Below are positions 9,583-18,977 of a DNA stretch of 64,000 bases, in pieces. The DNA lies in contig CAZTVF010000004.1 of NCBI GenBank assembly GCA_964616985.1, positions 1,128 through 65,127 of the forward strand, given 5' to 3'. The notes under the pieces are model-generated. The model was not told where the DNA came from. It was given only the letters and a program-made list of their open reading frames with translations, and did no database searches. The first letter of the stretch is position 1; each line of letters begins with the position of its first letter. Made by a program: the position numbers and the translations under genes. The DNA is from an uncultured Planctomycetaceae bacterium (GTDB taxonomy: Bacteria; Planctomycetota; Phycisphaerae; SM23-33).

Positions 9583-10599
9583 CTACCGCAGCCAGCCGCG
9601 ATTGATCTCGGCGCCGTCGAGCCCGGTGAGCTTCAGGGCGAACGCGCGATAGCGCTTCTCGAATGTCGCCAGGTCGTCGGTGATGTAGTGGCGGAAGAGT
9701 TTTTCGGAGACGGTCTGGTTGTAGATGCGCCCGCGGAGGCGCAGCTCGGCCAGGGCGGCGGGCGGCAGGTCCAGGGCCTCGTGGAAGAGCCCGGCCTCGG
9801 CGTCGGCGATCATGCGTTCCAGGCCACGGCGATAGACGGGGTCGCTGCGGATGAACTGCACCATCGCCCACAGCTGGCCGTAGTAGCCGGTGCCGCCGAC
9901 GGCGCCGCCCAGGGCATCGCCGGCGTCCATGGGCAGCAGCTTGTTCGAGGGCACCCAAGCGCTGTTGGTGATGGTGCGCTCCAGGTCGCCCATGCGCGAG
10001 AAGTTGAACCGCTGGCCGAACGAGACGCTCTCGCCCTGGATGTTGTACCCCTCCGCCTGCGTGCACAGGCCCTCTTCCAGCCACATCGGCAACTGGTCGG
10101 CCATGCGATGGTGAAGGAACTGGTGCATGCCCTCGTGGGCGGCGATCTGCAGAGTGCCCAGGCCCGGCATCTGCCAGAAGACGCAGACGTTCTTGTAGCA
10201 GTACCCGCCGTTCTCGATGCCCAGGTAGAGCTCGGCGTTGTGTTTGACGACGGCCTTGGTGAGTGCGGCCCACTCCTCGCGCGAGCCCATCATGTACATG
10301 GGGAGAGGCTCGCCCAGGGGACGGTTAGGCAGGTTGGTCAACTGGAGATAGTTGCGGTAGGACGCTTCCATGAAGCCCGGCAGCAGGGTGCGGAAGCGGC
10401 GGTTGGACGAGGTGCTGAAGATGCGGTAGTTGGGGGTGTCGATCTGCACGCCCTCACCGCCGGGCGTGTCCCAGGCGGATTCCTGCGCGGCAACCTTCAG
10501 CGACATCGGGATTTCGGCGGGCTGCTGCTGACAGCCGGCCTGCAGGAACAGCACGAACGCCAACGCGAAGGGCTGGGCAATTCTCATCAGGGGCTCCAT
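9583..10599 (-). CDS. Putative zinc-metallopeptidase-like lipoprotein (HExxH)
   Basis: A signal peptide with a lipobox (LFLQAGCQQ) is followed by HEGMHQFLHH and a downstream Glu (EEG). No closer family assignment is possible by eye. Confidence 0.55.
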   Translation of the reverse strand: MEPLMRIAQPFALAFVLFLQAGCQQQPAEIPMSLKVAAQESAWDTPGGEGVQIDTPNYRIFSTSSNRRFRTLLPGFMEASYRNYLQLTNLPNRPLGEPLPMYMMGSREEWAALTKAVVKHNAELYLGIENGGYCYKNVCVFWQMPGLGTLQIAAHEGMHQFLHHRMADQLPMWLEEGLCTQAEGYNIQGESVSFGQRFNFSRMGDLERTITNSAWVPSNKLLPMDAGDALGGAVGGTGYYGQLWAMVQFIRSDPVYRRGLERMIADAEAGLFHEALDLPPAALAELRLRGRIYNQTVSEKLFRHYITDDLATFEKRYRAFALKLTGLDGAEINRGWLR

Positions 10600-10873
10600 G
10601 GCAGCAGTAATGATCAGCCGACGGCCGGCATCAACCGCCCGCGCGGCGCGCACACACCGTAGATAGATCGGTCAAATCGAGGTATCGGTGCAGCGTTCCT
10701 TCGTGAGTCTTGCACCTAGTACGATGACGGGGCGTGCCGGGATCGATGAAAAGTCGCCCGCCAGGGCGCGAGCATTCTGCCCCCAAACGAGCGTAAGCTC
10801 GTCTCCGGGGGCCGCCGCGAGGCGCGAGGGCCCCGCGGCACTTCGATGTTATCGGCTCGGCGGACTGTGCCTT

Positions 10874-13063
10874 TTAATGCTTCGTGAAGAACGGGCCCTT
10901 GGGCTTCTTCGCGCGGTTGCCGCGGGGCGCCTTGCCGGGCATGTCCACCTGCGTGATGGTGAGCTTCTGCAGGGCTTCCCTCTTCTCGATCTGGCGGCGG
11001 ATGATGATCTGCTCGCCCACGCCGGCGAAGGTGGACGCCATCACGTACAGCGTCAGGCCTGACGGCATGTTGTAGAAGATGAAGAGCATCATGATGGGCA
11101 TCATCCACTTCATCATCTTCTGCTGCTGGGCCTGCTCGGGGGTTGCGGCCACGCCGCCGGTCATCTGCGGGTTGAACTTGGTCTGGAAGAACATCGAGAT
11201 CGCCACCAGGACCGGCAGCAGGTGGACGCTCGCGATGCCGATCACCGGCAGCGGGTTGGCGAACTGATACACCGTGTCGGGCGCCGCCAGATCCGTCAGC
11301 CACACCGGCAGGAACGCCGCGTGGCGCAATTCCACGGCTGCGTTGAGCCCGCCCCACAGGGCGATCCAGATGGGCATCTGCAGGAACATCGGCAGGCAGC
11401 CCAGCAGCGGGGTGAAGCCCTGCTCGCGGTAGAGCTTCATCATTTCCTTGTTGAGCGTGTCCTTGTCGTCGCCGTACTTGGCCTTGAGCTTGGCCATCTC
11501 GGGGGCCATCTTCTGCGTCTTCATCATCATGACCTGGCTCTTCTTGGTCAGCGGATGAAGGATCGCGCGGACCAGCACCACCAGCAGGATAATCGCCACG
11601 CCGTAGTTGCCGAACGACAGCTTCGACAGCCACTCCAGCAGCCACATCATGCCCAGGGCCAGCCAGCTCGACGTGCAGAAGCACGAGCCGAAATCGATCG
11701 TGTTGATGTACTTCTGGTCGCGGTATAGCGGCTGAAAGTACGGCGCATCGGCTTCCTCGAACATGTCGCGCTTCTTGGGACCGGCGAAGATGTCGAACGA
11801 CAGCTGCCAGCTCTCGCCCGGCGCCAGCTCCTGGGCGGGCACGGCCGCGGTCTTGGCCGTGTTCTCCACGCCCACCGTCACGCTGGTCAGCAGCACGCGG
11901 GCGCCGGGGCTTTCCTCGGCGGCGGCCACGAAGTACATCACGTTCTGATCAGCGGCGTCGGTGCGGCCGGCGGCGGGCTTGAGGTACATCACCGACCCGA
12001 AGAACTTGTTGATCTCCGCCATCCACAGCGTCGTGCCACCGGCGGGGTCCTTGGTGTGGCCGATCGCATCGCCATCGCCGAGCTTGAGGCTCTGGGCATC
12101 CATGAACGACTTGACCGTAGTCTTGATGGCGTTGTCGACCCGCTTGGTGATCATCACCGAACGCATGTCGTTGGTCGGGTCTTCGGAGGGGATGCCCGCG
12201 GGGCCGCCCTGATCGATCGCGACCTTCAGCGCCAGGTTCGACTCGTTCACCGCCTCCAGCGACATCTGCACCGAATAGTTGGTGCGGCTGACCAGGTACG
12301 TCTTGTACAGCGTGAGGAACGGGCGGAGATTCTCTGCGTTCACCTGCCGGCCAGGATCGGCGAAATTCGCATCATGCAGCAGCGTCCATGCGAACGAGAT
12401 GGCCTGCATGTTGGCGTCGGCGGGCTCGATGCGGGGCTTGGGCAGCATCTGCCAGTTCACGTTGTCCAGGCGGGGCGCGATCTGCTGGCCGGACGGCAGG
12501 CTCACGAACAGCTGCCGCGTGGCCATGGGCAGGTATTTGCCGCCCGGAATGGAAACCGGGTTCAGGAGGCAATAGTGACCCTTGTATTTGCCGGGGTTCT
12601 CGGCCGCGATCTTCTCATAGGCGGCCTGGTTGCCATCGAGCTTGGAGGCGAGTTGCCTGTCCTCGACAGAGGCGTAGTACTGCGAGAGCTTCAGCGTCCC
12701 GATGGCGGCGCCTTCGGTGGTGATCTCCAGCTGGAAGGGGAATTCCTTGGCGTCGAGCGAGCCGATCGCGTGCCAGGTGGTCTTGGCGGCGGCCTTCGAG
12801 TTCCACTCCGCGGCCGTGATGGGCGTTGCCGCGGCCGCGGGGGCGGTTGTCGGCGAGGTCGTCGCAGCTGTCGCGGACGGCGCTGCCGGCGCCGCCGTGG
12901 CGGCGGTCGTAGCCGCGGGCGCGGGCTGCGTAGCGGGCGAGGCCACCGGGGCGGGGGCCGCCGCGGGCTGGGCCGCATCCTTCTTCTGGTTCGAATAGTA
13001 GGCGACGGCCATCAGCACGCCGCCCATGATCATCATCGTTATCCAAAGCCGTTTCGAGTTCAC
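10874..13063 (-). CDS. yidC: Membrane protein insertase YidC with a large periplasmic domain and a Pro/Ala/Thr-rich linker
   Basis: The C-terminal Oxa1/YidC core is present (KKSQVMMMKTQKMAPEMAKLKAKYGDDKD...EQGFTPLLGCLPMFLQMPIWIALW). The N-terminal TM start is uncertain (GTG or ATG near 13036-13063). Confidence 0.8.
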   Translation of the reverse strand: MNSKRLWITMMIMGGVLMAVAYYSNQKKDAAQPAAAPAPVASPATQPAPAATTAATAAPAAPSATAATTSPTTAPAAAATPITAAEWNSKAAAKTTWHAIGSLDAKEFPFQLEITTEGAAIGTLKLSQYYASVEDRQLASKLDGNQAAYEKIAAENPGKYKGHYCLLNPVSIPGGKYLPMATRQLFVSLPSGQQIAPRLDNVNWQMLPKPRIEPADANMQAISFAWTLLHDANFADPGRQVNAENLRPFLTLYKTYLVSRTNYSVQMSLEAVNESNLALKVAIDQGGPAGIPSEDPTNDMRSVMITKRVDNAIKTTVKSFMDAQSLKLGDGDAIGHTKDPAGGTTLWMAEINKFFGSVMYLKPAAGRTDAADQNVMYFVAAAEESPGARVLLTSVTVGVENTAKTAAVPAQELAPGESWQLSFDIFAGPKKRDMFEEADAPYFQPLYRDQKYINTIDFGSCFCTSSWLALGMMWLLEWLSKLSFGNYGVAIILLVVLVRAILHPLTKKSQVMMMKTQKMAPEMAKLKAKYGDDKDTLNKEMMKLYREQGFTPLLGCLPMFLQMPIWIALWGGLNAAVELRHAAFLPVWLTDLAAPDTVYQFANPLPVIGIASVHLLPVLVAISMFFQTKFNPQMTGGVAATPEQAQQQKMMKWMMPIMMLFIFYNMPSGLTLYVMASTFAGVGEQIIIRRQIEKREALQKLTITQVDMPGKAPRGNRAKKPKGPFFTKH

Positions 13064-13179
13064 CGGATCTCCTAGCGTTGTTACACCGATGGCAGACGAG
13101 GGGCGGCCTTCCCGGCCTGCCACTGGGCCCACCAGCGGAGGATCGCGACGGCCCGGAAAGGCCGCCACGTGAATGAGTG

Positions 13180-13953
13180 TTATCGCCCCTCTTTGAGCCT
13201 CGTGCCGAGGTAGTCGTCGAGTTCCGCGATGGCGTACACCTTCTTGGCCACGGCCTCCACGTCGTAGGGCACGCGGATGAACTTCACCACGCCGGGCTCA
13301 ACCACCACGTAGCTGGCCCGCGGGTCGCGGTCTCGCGGCTGGCCCACGGAGCCCACGTTGATCAACGCCTTCTGGTTGGGCACGATCTCAAAGACGTTCT
13401 TCACTTCGTCGGGGCTGTAGAAGTCCGGGATCGGCAGGAAAACGCCCGGCACGTGCGTGTGCCCTACGAAGCACAGGTGCCCGAAGCGGTCAAACGAAGA
13501 CGACAGTTTGCCCGGGCTGCTGAACACGTCGTCGGGGAAGATATACTCGTTGATGGGCCGGCGGGGGCTGGCGTGGACAAAGGCCAGGTCGCCCGCGCCG
13601 AAGGCCTCGCCGTTGATCACGTGCTTCACCGGCAGGGAGCCCAGGAAGTCCCACCGCTTGTCGCGGGCGGGGGCGGAGGGCTCTTCTTCCAGCTGCTGCC
13701 GCGTCCAGTAGCACGCGGCCTCGGCCCCGATGTTGAACTTGTTGGGCTCGAACATCACGGCGTAGTCATGGTTGCCCATCAGCGTGACCTGGCAGTTCTT
13801 CATGATCAGGTCCAGGCATTCGCGCGGCTGGGGGCCATAGCCGATCACGTCGCCCAGGCAGATGATCTGCTTGATGTCGCGCGCGGCAATATCCGCCAGC
13901 ACCGCTGACAGGGCCTCAATGTTTGAATGAATGTCGCTGATAATCGCAAGCAT
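13180..13953 (-). CDS. Calcineurin-like metallophosphoesterase
   Basis: The canonical metal-binding motifs are present: ISDIHSN, GDVIGYG, GNHD and GHTHVP. Confidence 0.8.
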   Translation of the reverse strand: MLAIISDIHSNIEALSAVLADIAARDIKQIICLGDVIGYGPQPRECLDLIMKNCQVTLMGNHDYAVMFEPNKFNIGAEAACYWTRQQLEEEPSAPARDKRWDFLGSLPVKHVINGEAFGAGDLAFVHASPRRPINEYIFPDDVFSSPGKLSSSFDRFGHLCFVGHTHVPGVFLPIPDFYSPDEVKNVFEIVPNQKALINVGSVGQPRDRDPRASYVVVEPGVVKFIRVPYDVEAVAKKVYAIAELDDYLGTRLKEGR

Positions 13954-14027
13954 ACAACCGCCTTTGGGCGAATCGCTTTATGCTAGCGGTTGGGGCCCTT
14001 CACGTCAAACCCGTTTGCAGCCGGGGC

Positions 14028-14155
14028 GACCGAGTCGGCGCCACCCAGAAACTTGAAATGTGTCTGGGGTTTCTTCCGCAGCCCGGTAGCTCTACGGCAC
14101 AGCCGAGTCGGTGCCACCCCCAAACTTGTTTGGGGGTGAGAACAGCCACCGAGTC
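14028..14155. repeat. Palindromic repeat family D, copy 1 (core 14102..14155) plus a degenerate half-copy at 14028..14075
   Basis: The core is gccgagtcggtgccacccccaaacttgtttgggggtgagaacagccaccgagtc. Related copies lie at 44571..44605 and 62678..62718. Confidence 0.7.
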
Positions 14156-14225
14156 TCGGTGCGTCATTGGGCCGGCATCGTCACTTCCGTCACTGAAGAT
14201 CGAATGCACTCTTCCCGCGCCTGCC

Positions 14226-15824
14226 CTATCGGCGTTCGCCTGCGGGCGTGCACGCCCTCTTGGCCTCCTGAAGCTTGGCGATGAAGCCGTCCTTCCTGAA
14301 CGCCGCCGTCCATTTACGCATCAGCAGCCAGCCGCCGCTGCGGTACAGGCTGGCGGCCCACTGGCGGTACCACCGCTGCCAGCCCGCGGTGATGTGGTGC
14401 AGCCATAGCGCGATCACCGGGAAGGCCAGGATGTTGACCGCCACTGCCAGCAGGCGGCTGGGGCGGTAGAACCACCGCATGACTCCCTGGACGGCGGCCT
14501 GCACCTCCTCGGACGTCATGGGGTCGTCGGGCTGGAAGAGGGGAAAGTTGCCGTCGTAGTATTCCAGCCCCACCTTCTGAACGGGATAGATCCGGTTGGC
14601 CTTGGCCAGCCGGTCGGTCATTTCCGTGCCCGGCAGCGGGATCGGCAGCAGAACCTGCACCGTATCGAGGCGGGCCTTGCGGATGAACCGGCGGAAGTGC
14701 CTCGCCCGCTCGGCGGCGGCCATGTGGAAAGGCCGGCCCTGCGGCGCGGGGTAGCCGAAGATGAACATGCCGTGGATGCGGAAGCCGGCCTGGCGATACA
14801 GGCGCGTCAGTTCGATCATCTCCTGCGGGTCGAGGCGTTTGTCCATCGCCTTGAGTTCCTCGGCAATGGGCGACTCGAACCCGATGGCCAGCGTGTTGAT
14901 CCGTGCCTGCCGCATCGCGGCCAGCAGTTCGGCGTCGCGAGCGCGATCCAGGCGGATCTGCACCGTGATGCTGAACCGCGCGCCGACGCGCTGCTGGTAG
15001 TCGCGGAGCATCTGGCAGAGGCGAAGGGCGTCGGCGCGGTTCTGGCCGAACAGGTCGTCGACGATGAAGAACACCCTGCCGCCCCACTTCTCGTAGATCG
15101 AGGCGAACTGCTCCATCACCCGCTGGGGCGAGGCGAAACGCGGCTTGCCCTTCACCGTGCAGAATTCGCAGTTCATCCCGCAGCCGCGGATGCCGGACAC
15201 CGGGTAGTACTTCATCCTCGCGTGTCGAAGTACCGCGAAGTTCGGGATCGGCAGCTCCTCAAAGTCGGTGATGGGCGGCCGCGACGGCGTCTGGATCACG
15301 CGCCCCTCCTTGAGGAAGGCGATGCCATTCACCCGCGAGAGGTCGCCTCCGGCATCGAGGCACGCCAGCAGTTCGACGATGGTCTTCTCGCCCTCGCCCA
15401 GGACGACCACGTCGACGCCGCTGGCCAGGGCCTGGCCGACGCTGTCGCCGACAAAGTGGTTCCCGCCGGCGATGGTCCGCGCGCCCATCGCCTTGTACTG
15501 CCGGGCGATCTCCAGGAGGCGCGGGACGGTGCTGGTCAGCCCGCCGTACAGCCCCACCACGGCCGCCGGGCGCACCTGCTGGATGGCCAGGTGGTCGGGG
15601 CGCCCGCTGCGGTCCCGCGGGCCTCGCTGGTAGTTGTTCTCATCGATCACCTCGGCGTCCCATCCGGCCATGCCGGCAACGACGGTGGCCACGCACACGG
15701 GGCCCAGTGCCGTCATCACCTTGGCCGGGCGCGAATAGATGTTGAACGCCGGATAGGCAGGGCAGACGATCCGAAATAGCGACCTGCGGCCGACGGCACG
15801 ATCCGAATCTGCAGTCAGTGACAT
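14226..15824 (-). CDS. B12-binding-domain radical SAM protein
   Basis: An N-terminal B12-binding region is followed by the radical-SAM cysteine motif CGMNCEFCTV. There is a C-terminal hydrophobic extension. Confidence 0.8.
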   Translation of the reverse strand: MSLTADSDRAVGRRSLFRIVCPAYPAFNIYSRPAKVMTALGPVCVATVVAGMAGWDAEVIDENNYQRGPRDRSGRPDHLAIQQVRPAAVVGLYGGLTSTVPRLLEIARQYKAMGARTIAGGNHFVGDSVGQALASGVDVVVLGEGEKTIVELLACLDAGGDLSRVNGIAFLKEGRVIQTPSRPPITDFEELPIPNFAVLRHARMKYYPVSGIRGCGMNCEFCTVKGKPRFASPQRVMEQFASIYEKWGGRVFFIVDDLFGQNRADALRLCQMLRDYQQRVGARFSITVQIRLDRARDAELLAAMRQARINTLAIGFESPIAEELKAMDKRLDPQEMIELTRLYRQAGFRIHGMFIFGYPAPQGRPFHMAAAERARHFRRFIRKARLDTVQVLLPIPLPGTEMTDRLAKANRIYPVQKVGLEYYDGNFPLFQPDDPMTSEEVQAAVQGVMRWFYRPSRLLAVAVNILAFPVIALWLHHITAGWQRWYRQWAASLYRSGGWLLMRKWTAAFRKDGFIAKLQEAKRACTPAGERR

Positions 15825-15976
15825 TGGCGATTCCTCATTCTCGCGCGGGGCATGCCCTTCTGACGCCGCGGCAGGCCTTGGCGCATCTGGTAATTGTAGA
15901 CATCAGACTCGCCTCGCACCGGCCCCGGCCGAATGAACCGTGAAACCGAACAGGAACGATGGTAGTATCCCACGCC

Positions 15977-18022
15977 ATGAAAACACGAACCCCCAAGCCG
16001 GCTTCGACGTCACTGCGACCGCCCGCGGTGCCGCTGATCGTGCACGATCCTTACTTCAGCGTCTGGTCGTTTGACGACGAGTTGCCCAAGGGCTGGACCC
16101 GCCACTGGACGGGCAGCCTTCAGGGCATGTGCGGCCTGTTCCGCGTCGATGGCAAGGCGTTCCGCTTCGCCGGCGACCTTCGCCAGTTCCCGGCGATGAC
16201 GCAGGTGTCGCTGGAGGTGCTGCCCACGCGGACGATGTACCGCTTCGAGGCCGGCGGCGTGCAGCTGGACCTGACGTTCATGACGCCCGCGCTGCCGGAC
16301 GATCTCGACGTGCTTGCCAGGCCCACTACGTATGTGGTCTTCAACGTGCGGTCCATCGACCGCCGGCCGCACAACGTGCAGCTATCCTTCGACATCTCCT
16401 CCGACTGGGCGGTCGATTCGCCTTCCCAGCGGGTGACGTGCAGCCGCTTCCGGCTCGAGGGCCTCAGCGTTCTGCGCGCGGGCTCGCAGGACCAGCGCGT
16501 GCTGGAGCGCGCGGGCGATAACCTGCGCATCGAGTGGGGTTACCTCTACCTCGCCGTGCCCCAGCAGGACGGCGCGTCGGACGCGCTGGCGGCCGCGGGG
16601 ACGGGGCGGCCTCACTTTGCCGCCAGCGGCCAACTGCCGCCGTGGGACGAGATCGGCGAGACGGCGGCCGTGCACGAGAATTGGCCGACGCTGATGTCGG
16701 CCTTCGACCTGGGGCGGGTGCAGCCGGGCAAGACGGTGATGCGACACGTCATCGTCGCGTACGACGACCACTACTCGCTGGAATACATGCGGCGGCGGGT
16801 CCGGCCTTACTGGCGCCGCAACGGCCAGCGGGTGGAGGACCTGCTGCAGGCGGCCGCCGACGACTTCGCCTCGCTGCAGCGGCGCTGCCGCGCGTTCGAC
16901 GAGGAACTGATGGCCGACCTGTGCGCCGCCGGCGGCGAGGAATATGCCAAGCTCTGCGCCCTGGCCTACCGGCAGGCGCTGGGCGCCCACAAGCTGGCGG
17001 CCGACATCGATGGCAGCCTGCTGTACATGTCGAAGGAGAACTTCTCCAACGGCTGCATCGCGACGGTGGACGTGACCTACCCGTCGAGCCCGCTCTTCCT
17101 GGCGCTCAACCCGTGGCTGCTGCGCGGGATGGTCGAGCCCGTCCTGCAGTACGCCTCCAGCCCACGGTGGAAGTTCCCCTTCGCGCCCCACGACCTGGGC
17201 ACATACCCCCTGGCCAATGGGCAGGTGTATGGCGGCGGCGAGCGATCCGAGCGCAGCCAGATGCCGGTGGAGGAATGCGGCAACATGCTGCTGCTGGTGG
17301 CGGCACTGCAGCACGTCGGCGGCCACGAAGATCTCGTCGGCCGTTATTGGCCGCAGCTGTCGATGTGGGCGAACTACCTGCTGCAGCGCGGCTACGACCC
17401 CGAGGACCAACTATGCACCGACGATTTCGCGGGGCACCTGGCGCACAACACGAACCTGTCGATCAAGGCAATCGTGGCCATGGGGGCGTACGCCGGTCTG
17501 TGCCGCTCGACGGGACACAGCGCCGAGGCCGCGCGTTTTGACAAGGCGGCCAAGCAGGCGGCCCGGCGATGGGAACGTGACGCGATGGACGGCGACCACA
17601 CGCGGCTGGCGTTCGACCAGCCCGGCACGTGGAGCCAGAAATACAACCTCGTCTGGGACCGGTTGCTGGGGCTGGGGCTGTTTAGCCCCGAGCTTGCCCG
17701 GCGCGAGGTGGCGTTCTACCGCCGCGTTGGGACCGAGTTGGGCCTGCCGCTGGACAGCCGCAAGACCTACACCAAGGGCGACTGGATCGTCTGGTCCGCC
17801 AGCCTCACGGGCCGGCGCGATGATTTCCAGGCCCTCGTCGGACCCCTGTGCCGGTGGTGCCACACCACGCCCTCCCGCGTGCCGCTGAGCGACTTCTACG
17901 AAACCACCGACGGCCGCCACATCGTGTTCCAGGCCCGCTCCGTCGTCGGCGGGTTCTTCATCGGCCTGCTCGGGGACAAGGCGGTGTGGCGCAAGTGGGC
18001 CAAGAGGGCGAAGGCGAAATGA
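15977..18022 (+). CDS. Glutaminase-A-like protein (DUF4965/DUF1793-type)
   Basis: The length (~680 aa) and the conserved central region (…YMSKENFSNGCIATVDVTYPSSPLFLALNPWLLRGM…HDLGTYP…) fit this family as recalled from memory. The function is not established. Confidence 0.6.
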   Translation: MKTRTPKPASTSLRPPAVPLIVHDPYFSVWSFDDELPKGWTRHWTGSLQGMCGLFRVDGKAFRFAGDLRQFPAMTQVSLEVLPTRTMYRFEAGGVQLDLTFMTPALPDDLDVLARPTTYVVFNVRSIDRRPHNVQLSFDISSDWAVDSPSQRVTCSRFRLEGLSVLRAGSQDQRVLERAGDNLRIEWGYLYLAVPQQDGASDALAAAGTGRPHFAASGQLPPWDEIGETAAVHENWPTLMSAFDLGRVQPGKTVMRHVIVAYDDHYSLEYMRRRVRPYWRRNGQRVEDLLQAAADDFASLQRRCRAFDEELMADLCAAGGEEYAKLCALAYRQALGAHKLAADIDGSLLYMSKENFSNGCIATVDVTYPSSPLFLALNPWLLRGMVEPVLQYASSPRWKFPFAPHDLGTYPLANGQVYGGGERSERSQMPVEECGNMLLLVAALQHVGGHEDLVGRYWPQLSMWANYLLQRGYDPEDQLCTDDFAGHLAHNTNLSIKAIVAMGAYAGLCRSTGHSAEAARFDKAAKQAARRWERDAMDGDHTRLAFDQPGTWSQKYNLVWDRLLGLGLFSPELARREVAFYRRVGTELGLPLDSRKTYTKGDWIVWSASLTGRRDDFQALVGPLCRWCHTTPSRVPLSDFYETTDGRHIVFQARSVVGGFFIGLLGDKAVWRKWAKRAKAK

Positions 18023-18070
18023 CCAAGGTCCAATGACCCATGCCCAAAGGGCTCACCGCAGGTAAAGTGG

Positions 18071-18227
18071 GGTGCCATGCCGAAGTTTACCTGCCGTAGG
18101 CAGGCGTACTCGCGCCGGCATGCTCGGTGGCAGTGAGCGAAACGGTGATGTGCGCAGGCGCGATGACATGCCCAGGCGAGGCATGCCGGCGCGTCGCAAA
18201 CGGCGCGACGCTTCGGCATGGCACCTA
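18071..18227. repeat. Nested palindromic repeat family B, long copy. Its outer arms are ggtgccatgccgaag / cttcggcatggcacc, and it sits in a convergent intergenic region.
   Basis: The inverted arms and inner dyads gccggcatgc / gcatgccggc are seen directly. A shorter copy lies at 38223..38309. Confidence 0.7.
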
Positions 18228-18296
18228 GGAAGACGGCGCGTCACGAGCGGCTGGACGCCTGCCTCCGGCAGGTAAACCTCGGCATGTCACCGAGCC

Positions 18297-18977
18297 TCAC
18301 CGCAGCGAGGGCAGCAGGTCGGCGGCGGGCTCCTGGCGAAGGACGAGGGACCGGTCGCGTTCGAGGGCGGCACGGGGCTTGTCCCGGCGGGCGTCACAAA
18401 GGATGCTGAGATTGTAGTGGGCGTCGGCCAACGGCACGACCTGCTCGAACAGCGCCAGCGCCTCGTCATATCGGCCCATCATCCCCAGCGCCATCGCCAG
18501 GTTCGAGCGGTACCGCGCGTGAAGCGGCGAATACTCCACCGCCCGGGCGAAGGAGACCATCGCCAGTTCGTAGTCCTGCTTCAGCAGCCAGCACATCCCC
18601 AGGTCGTTCAGCAGAACCGTGTCGCGCGGGGCCACCTGCAGGCCCTTGCACAGCACGCTGATGGCCGCGTCGGGCCGCCCGTTGCGAAGATGCAGTTCCG
18701 CCAGGTCGCAGTAAGCGGACATGCACTGGGGATAGTCGGCCACAACGCGATTGAGCACGATCATGGCCTCGTTGTCGCGCCCCTGGCGGATGAAGATGCC
18801 GGCCATCGCGTAGAGCGTCTTGGCCGTGGGGGCGCGGTCGACGCCGCGCTGAAAGGAATCCTCCTCCGGGGGCGAGTAGCTCAGATTCGACTTGGGCTGA
18901 TCGCATCCAGCCAATGCCGCTGCGGCCAGGACGATCGCCGCCGCGAGACGATAGAGATTCGCCTGTGTCTGCATCAT
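18297..18977 (-). CDS. tadD: TPR-repeat lipoprotein, the TadD-like component of the Tad locus
   Basis: It has a lipobox (LAGCDQ) and TPR-like repeats, and it is the terminal gene of the tad operon. Confidence 0.65.
   Translation of the reverse strand: MMQTQANLYRLAAAIVLAAAALAGCDQPKSNLSYSPPEEDSFQRGVDRAPTAKTLYAMAGIFIRQGRDNEAMIVLNRVVADYPQCMSAYCDLAELHLRNGRPDAAISVLCKGLQVAPRDTVLLNDLGMCWLLKQDYELAMVSFARAVEYSPLHARYRSNLAMALGMMGRYDEALALFEQVVPLADAHYNLSILCDARRDKPRAALERDRSLVLRQEPAADLLPSLR

Noticed and set aside
8534-10273. A 579-aa minus-strand ORF across the CDP-alcohol transferase and lipoprotein region
   Set aside because: It is R/G-rich junk in a different frame from the motif-bearing ORFs.
12970-12995. 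A GGTTCGAAT T-loop-like motif suggesting a tRNA
   Set aside because: It lies inside the yidC coding frame and lacks the flanking CC and an acceptor stem. No tRNA, rRNA or CRISPR array is evident anywhere in the window.
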